This document shows positions 60,628 through 64,000 of a DNA stretch of 64,000 nucleotides, piece after piece. The notes under the pieces are model-generated. The model had not been told where the DNA came from. It made no database searches and saw only the letters and a list, made by a program, of their open reading frames with translations. The translations under genes were made by a program, and so were the position numbers. Source of the DNA: a virus. The first letter of the stretch is position 1; each line of letters opens with the position of its first letter. Location: positions 1-64,000 of the IMG/VR virus record IMGVR_UViG_3300043567_001187; one strand, written 5' to 3'.

Positions 60628-61705
60628 AGCTATGATTCTTTATTAGAGTATTAAGTATAATTTGTGCTGTTTGATCCCAAGAATATTTTTTAGCCGTAAT
60701 TAATCCTTCAGGATTAGAGTCTATATTATTAGTATACACAGTTCTCATATATTCTATTGACTGTTCTAGTGCATTATGGTCTAATTTCGCCCAATTACCC
60801 TGACCATGAAACCATTTACCATCATTAGCCGGTTCAGTTTCATTAATATTTACTAAAAAACTATTTTTACTGTTACAATACTCTGTGTGAGCAGAATAGT
60901 TCGTGGTGATAATTGGCTTATTTAATGCCATGCTTTCTATGATCTCATTATTCCACCCTTCCGCCCTGCTTAGAAATACGCCACAATCACAAGAGTCTAT
61001 AAATTCTGCCACATGATACTGTGTTGGTAATCTATCATAAATTTTTATTTTATCTTTGAGCGGTGATTGAGATACTATATTAAGCCAATAGTTTGTTTCA
61101 TTTTCTGAAAGAAAGGGGTTGTGTGGTAGCAACCATAGTTCTACTTTATCATTAATATCAAAAGCTTTACTAAATGCATGTATTAAAAAATCCTGAGACT
61201 TTCTGTGTTCCCATTTTCCTATATGAAAAAATATATAATTTTCTTTAGCAAATCTTATTTTATTTTTTAGTTGAAAAATGTCTAAGTCTACTCCTAAAGG
61301 AGCAACATATATTGGTTTGATTATTTGGTTGTTAATTAAAACTTGTCTAGCCCATTCAGAAGCCACAAAAATATAATCACTATAATTTAGGTGGTGAACT
61401 TCACGAGGAGTTAATTTATCAATTTCGAAAAAGGGAAATGTATAATAATGCCCATTACCAATTTTAGACGCTAAATCGTGTTGGTGCCATATTTTTAAAC
61501 AGGGGGCATCATAATTAAAATCATTAATTTTTAACATTAAAGATTTAATAAGATCAACATCGTTTTGAGAATTTACTTCTATATTAGTGCCAATAGGAAA
61601 TAGGGCTGTTTGTACACCGGCCTTATGAATAGCCTTGACTATATTGGTAGAGGTTATACCATATCCAGTACTGTTAATAGGACAATTAATATTTATTGAT
61701 TTCAT
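60599..61705 (-). CDS. GT4-family glycosyltransferase
   Basis: TGYG, GKWEHRK, SRAEGWN..IIESMA, ITTNYSAH. Confidence 0.88.
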   Translation of the reverse strand: MKSININCPINSTGYGITSTNIVKAIHKAGVQTALFPIGTNIEVNSQNDVDLIKSLMLKINDFNYDAPCLKIWHQHDLASKIGNGHYYTFPFFEIDKLTPREVHHLNYSDYIFVASEWARQVLINNQIIKPIYVAPLGVDLDIFQLKNKIRFAKENYIFFHIGKWEHRKSQDFLIHAFSKAFDINDKVELWLLPHNPFLSENETNYWLNIVSQSPLKDKIKIYDRLPTQYHVAEFIDSCDCGVFLSRAEGWNNEIIESMALNKPIITTNYSAHTEYCNSKNSFLVNINETEPANDGKWFHGQGNWAKLDHNALEQSIEYMRTVYTNNIDSNPEGLITAKKYSWDQTAQIILNTLIKNHSYANSKTKRR

Positions 61706-61709
61706 TAAA

Positions 61710-62834
61710 CTATACTCCTAGTATTGGATTAGTGTTTTTATGTATACTATTTACTCTACAAAATTTGGCACATCTAGACATATGTTTTAAAGAATCTGCT
61801 CCTATATAACAGCAGCAAGATCTTATGCCCCCTAGTAGCTCTTGAGCTACGTTATCAAGAGATCCTTTATATTTTACTGTTATTTTAGTTCCTTCACTAG
61901 CTCTATAATTTTTAATATGATCCTCATATTTTTCTTGTGCATAGTGGGTGCTCATGCCGTAGTATGAGAATTTAATTTTTCTTTTTTCTGTATCATATCC
62001 TGGATTGTTTGGTTGCCAAAAAGCTCCATGATTTGCTAGATACTCATATGTCCATTCTCCATCAGATTCTTCAGAACCAGCAAAATATCCTCCCAACATT
62101 ACAAAATCGCTTCCAGCGCATAATCCCTTGCAAACATCCCCAACTGTTTTATGTCCACCATCAGACACTATCAAACCGAGTTTCTTGGGTCCGTTTTGAA
62201 GACCGTGAGCAATATATGAGTTTTCTAAACAAGCCGACAACTGTGGAAAGCCACAACCAGTAAGAAAGCGAGTCGTACAGGCGCTTCCTCCACCAATTCC
62301 AATTTTGGCCAAATCTACTCCACCATAAATCAATAATTCTTGAGTAGACGAGGTATTGGTTACGTTTCCAGCTACAATTATCGACTCTGGAAAATTTTCT
62401 CTCACCTTCTTACAATACTTTACAAAAACATCCATATGACCATTAGGAACATCAATACAAATATTGGGCTGTTTTCCAAGTTTATTTTTTAGCTCTAATA
62501 AATGGCTTAAGTCACTTTTCTTATATCCTATAGATACAAATGTATAGTCTATATTTTCTGGATAGTCTGTGAAATAGTTGTATAAATCTTCAACCCTATG
62601 ATACTTATGGAGACATGCTATCATTTTATGTTTTGCTAAAGATTTAGCAATCTCAAATGAGCAAAAACTCATATTAGCACACATTATAGGAATACCATTC
62701 CAAACTCTAGGACTATGATAAAAATAGAAAGTTCTTTCTAGTTTAATCTCTGATCGACTAGTAAGAGTTGACCTTTGTGGTTCTATTAATACGTCATCAA
62801 AATCTAGTTTAGTTTCATTGCTTATTGTTTGCAT
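61710..62834 (-). CDS. guaC: GMP reductase
   Basis: LDFDDVLI.P.RSTL.SRS, KIGIGGGSACTTR, SDGG, VMLGG, YGMS, RASEG; no CBS domains. Confidence 0.9.
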   Translation of the reverse strand: MQTISNETKLDFDDVLIEPQRSTLTSRSEIKLERTFYFYHSPRVWNGIPIMCANMSFCSFEIAKSLAKHKMIACLHKYHRVEDLYNYFTDYPENIDYTFVSIGYKKSDLSHLLELKNKLGKQPNICIDVPNGHMDVFVKYCKKVRENFPESIIVAGNVTNTSSTQELLIYGGVDLAKIGIGGGSACTTRFLTGCGFPQLSACLENSYIAHGLQNGPKKLGLIVSDGGHKTVGDVCKGLCAGSDFVMLGGYFAGSEESDGEWTYEYLANHGAFWQPNNPGYDTEKRKIKFSYYGMSTHYAQEKYEDHIKNYRASEGTKITVKYKGSLDNVAQELLGGIRSCCCYIGADSLKHMSRCAKFCRVNSIHKNTNPILGV

Positions 62835-62836
62835 GA

Positions 62837-63367
62837 TTAGATATCAAAAAATCTCCAGCGGTTGTGGTGTTCTATGCTGTTATAGCCATCAATATATTGT
62901 AGATAGTTTTTTAGTTCATCCCAAGAAGAAAAAATCATCTGGTGTGGTATTGTACCAAACAACCAGTCTGGAGCATTTTGTTTGCCCTGTTCCATATGTA
63001 CAACCACGGGCTTTTTAGACCTATTGGCTAAAAATATTTCTTCGTATGTACCACACGGATGCACATCTAAATCTAGATTGACTATTAAAAAATCGCTAAT
63101 ATCTACTAGTCTTAAATCCACTCCTCGTATAGTTTTCATTACGGAGGATAGTGCATCATAATTTTGATCGTATTTTAGTTTAGTCTTATACTCGTGTGTT
63201 TCAGCATCTTCTTTACCAAGTTTTGTTGGTTTTTTAATTGGATTAAAGACAACAACACCTAAACTTTCTAAAAAAGGTGTTATATTATCTCTCCACCCAT
63301 TACCTCTATCTATTACCCTGTCCATCGCACCCGCTAAATACACTCTCTGATTTTTTAATCTATTCAT
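62837..63367 (-). CDS. Nucleoside 2-deoxyribosyltransferase-like protein
   Basis: VYLAGAM, VFNP, D..LVDISD, GTYEE. Confidence 0.75.
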   Translation of the reverse strand: MNRLKNQRVYLAGAMDRVIDRGNGWRDNITPFLESLGVVVFNPIKKPTKLGKEDAETHEYKTKLKYDQNYDALSSVMKTIRGVDLRLVDISDFLIVNLDLDVHPCGTYEEIFLANRSKKPVVVHMEQGKQNAPDWLFGTIPHQMIFSSWDELKNYLQYIDGYNSIEHHNRWRFFDI

Positions 63368-63507
63368 CAATATTTATCCATAAATAAAAAAGTAAATAAA
63401 TTATTAGAAGGTTTCACTCCGACAGCACGACCACTTCTAACAAAATTTATTTGTTGAAGACCATGTATCACTCCCACAATAATACATACCATAAAAACAT
63501 ATTTCAT
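63367..63507 (-). CDS. Small membrane protein (46 aa, not in ORF track)
   Basis: MKYVFMVCIIVGVIHGLQQINFVRSGRAVGVKPSNNLFTFLFMDKY; stop overlaps next ATG. Confidence 0.45.
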   Translation of the reverse strand: MKYVFMVCIIVGVIHGLQQINFVRSGRAVGVKPSNNLFTFLFMDKY

Positions 63508-63554
63508 TATATTAATTATACCTTTCCGATGTCAGCATACCACTCACTGTCTTT

Positions 63555-63582
63555 AGTATAGCGACCAGACGAGGTATTTCAA
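63555..63582 (-). promoter_or_regulatory. Sigma70-like promoter
   Basis: TTGAAA-N16-TATACT. Confidence 0.55.
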
Positions 63583-63596
63583 ACAATATTTTTTGT

Positions 63597-63998
63597 TCAA
63601 TGGCTATAATATATATTTTTAACAGTATTTATAGGAAATATTTTATTATTAACCATATTTGTTATATCTTTTATAAGAATATTCTCTGTATTTTTATACA
63701 GCTCACACAGATAATCGAACTGATCCTGTGCTTCATTTACAGACTCTATTGCCATACGAATTTGATCTGGTGAATTACCATATGCTATACCAGCATCATA
63801 ACAAAAACCGTCTGGATGACACAATATACGAGATCTGAAGTATTCTTTTTTTGTTAAATTGTTCAAAGGATGAAGAACAGTGACGCAACCACATAAAGGG
63901 GCCATAATAGAAAAAAAGGTATTAGGATCATAGCAGTAAAATAATTTAGATCTATTAAAAACATCAACAGCTTCTGCAACAGATACTTTGTCAAGATT
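63597..63998 (-). CDS. C-terminal part of a WavQ-like/glycosyltransferase-like protein (start outside window)
   Basis: Frame is open to the window end: VFNRSKLFYCYDPNTFFSIMAPLCGC. Confidence 0.55.
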   Translation of the reverse strand, partial: NLDKVSVAEAVDVFNRSKLFYCYDPNTFFSIMAPLCGCVTVLHPLNNLTKKEYFRSRILCHPDGFCYDAGIAYGNSPDQIRMAIESVNEAQDQFDYLCELYKNTENILIKDITNMVNNKIFPINTVKNIYYSH

Positions 63999-64000
63999 GG

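Noticed and set aside
19086-63018. Short plus-strand and alternate-frame ORFs over the minus-strand operons
   Set aside because: They overlap well-supported genes and show no motifs
63508-63596. tRNA or ncRNA in this and other short intergenic gaps
   Set aside because: No cloverleaf or T-loop consensus; this gap is explained by a promoter
1-64000. Stop-codon reassignment
   Set aside because: Standard code gives full-length conserved proteins and dense coding; TAA, TAG and TGA all end genes

Overview
AT-rich (roughly 30-35% GC by eye) segment of a large tailed-phage (Caudoviricetes) genome, with no rRNA, tRNA or CRISPR seen. Plus strand (1-18839) is a tail module: a 5'-truncated giant tape-measure protein (>3000 aa in window, five copies of a DTVPAMLTPGEFV motif), two tandem paralogous tail proteins, two tail-tip-like proteins and a fibre-like protein with a ~410-aa Thr/Ser/Pro mucin-like stalk. 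Minus strand (18840-64000) converges on it and carries: a glycosylation cassette (GT60/GlcNAc-type glycosyltransferase, two HtrL/YibB-type domains, FkbM methyltransferase, GT-A domain, O-carbamoyltransferase); a replication block (ssb, an intein-less split DnaE flanking a DEDDh exonuclease, primase, DnaB, RecA, nucleases); nucleotide metabolism (class II RNR, dCMP deaminase, dNMP kinase, GMP reductase, nucleoside deoxyribosyltransferase-like, DeoC-like); PhoH; a membrane-protein/papain-like protease cluster; small structural-like genes, one with a GC-rich grafted LamG domain; a ClpP-like protease; and a sigma factor. The best candidate for a new system is a phage-encoded mucin-type O-glycosylation locus abutting its putative Thr-rich virion substrate. 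A PVC-superphylum (Planctomycetota-like) host is an inference only. All family calls come from motif recognition by eye; no searches were run.
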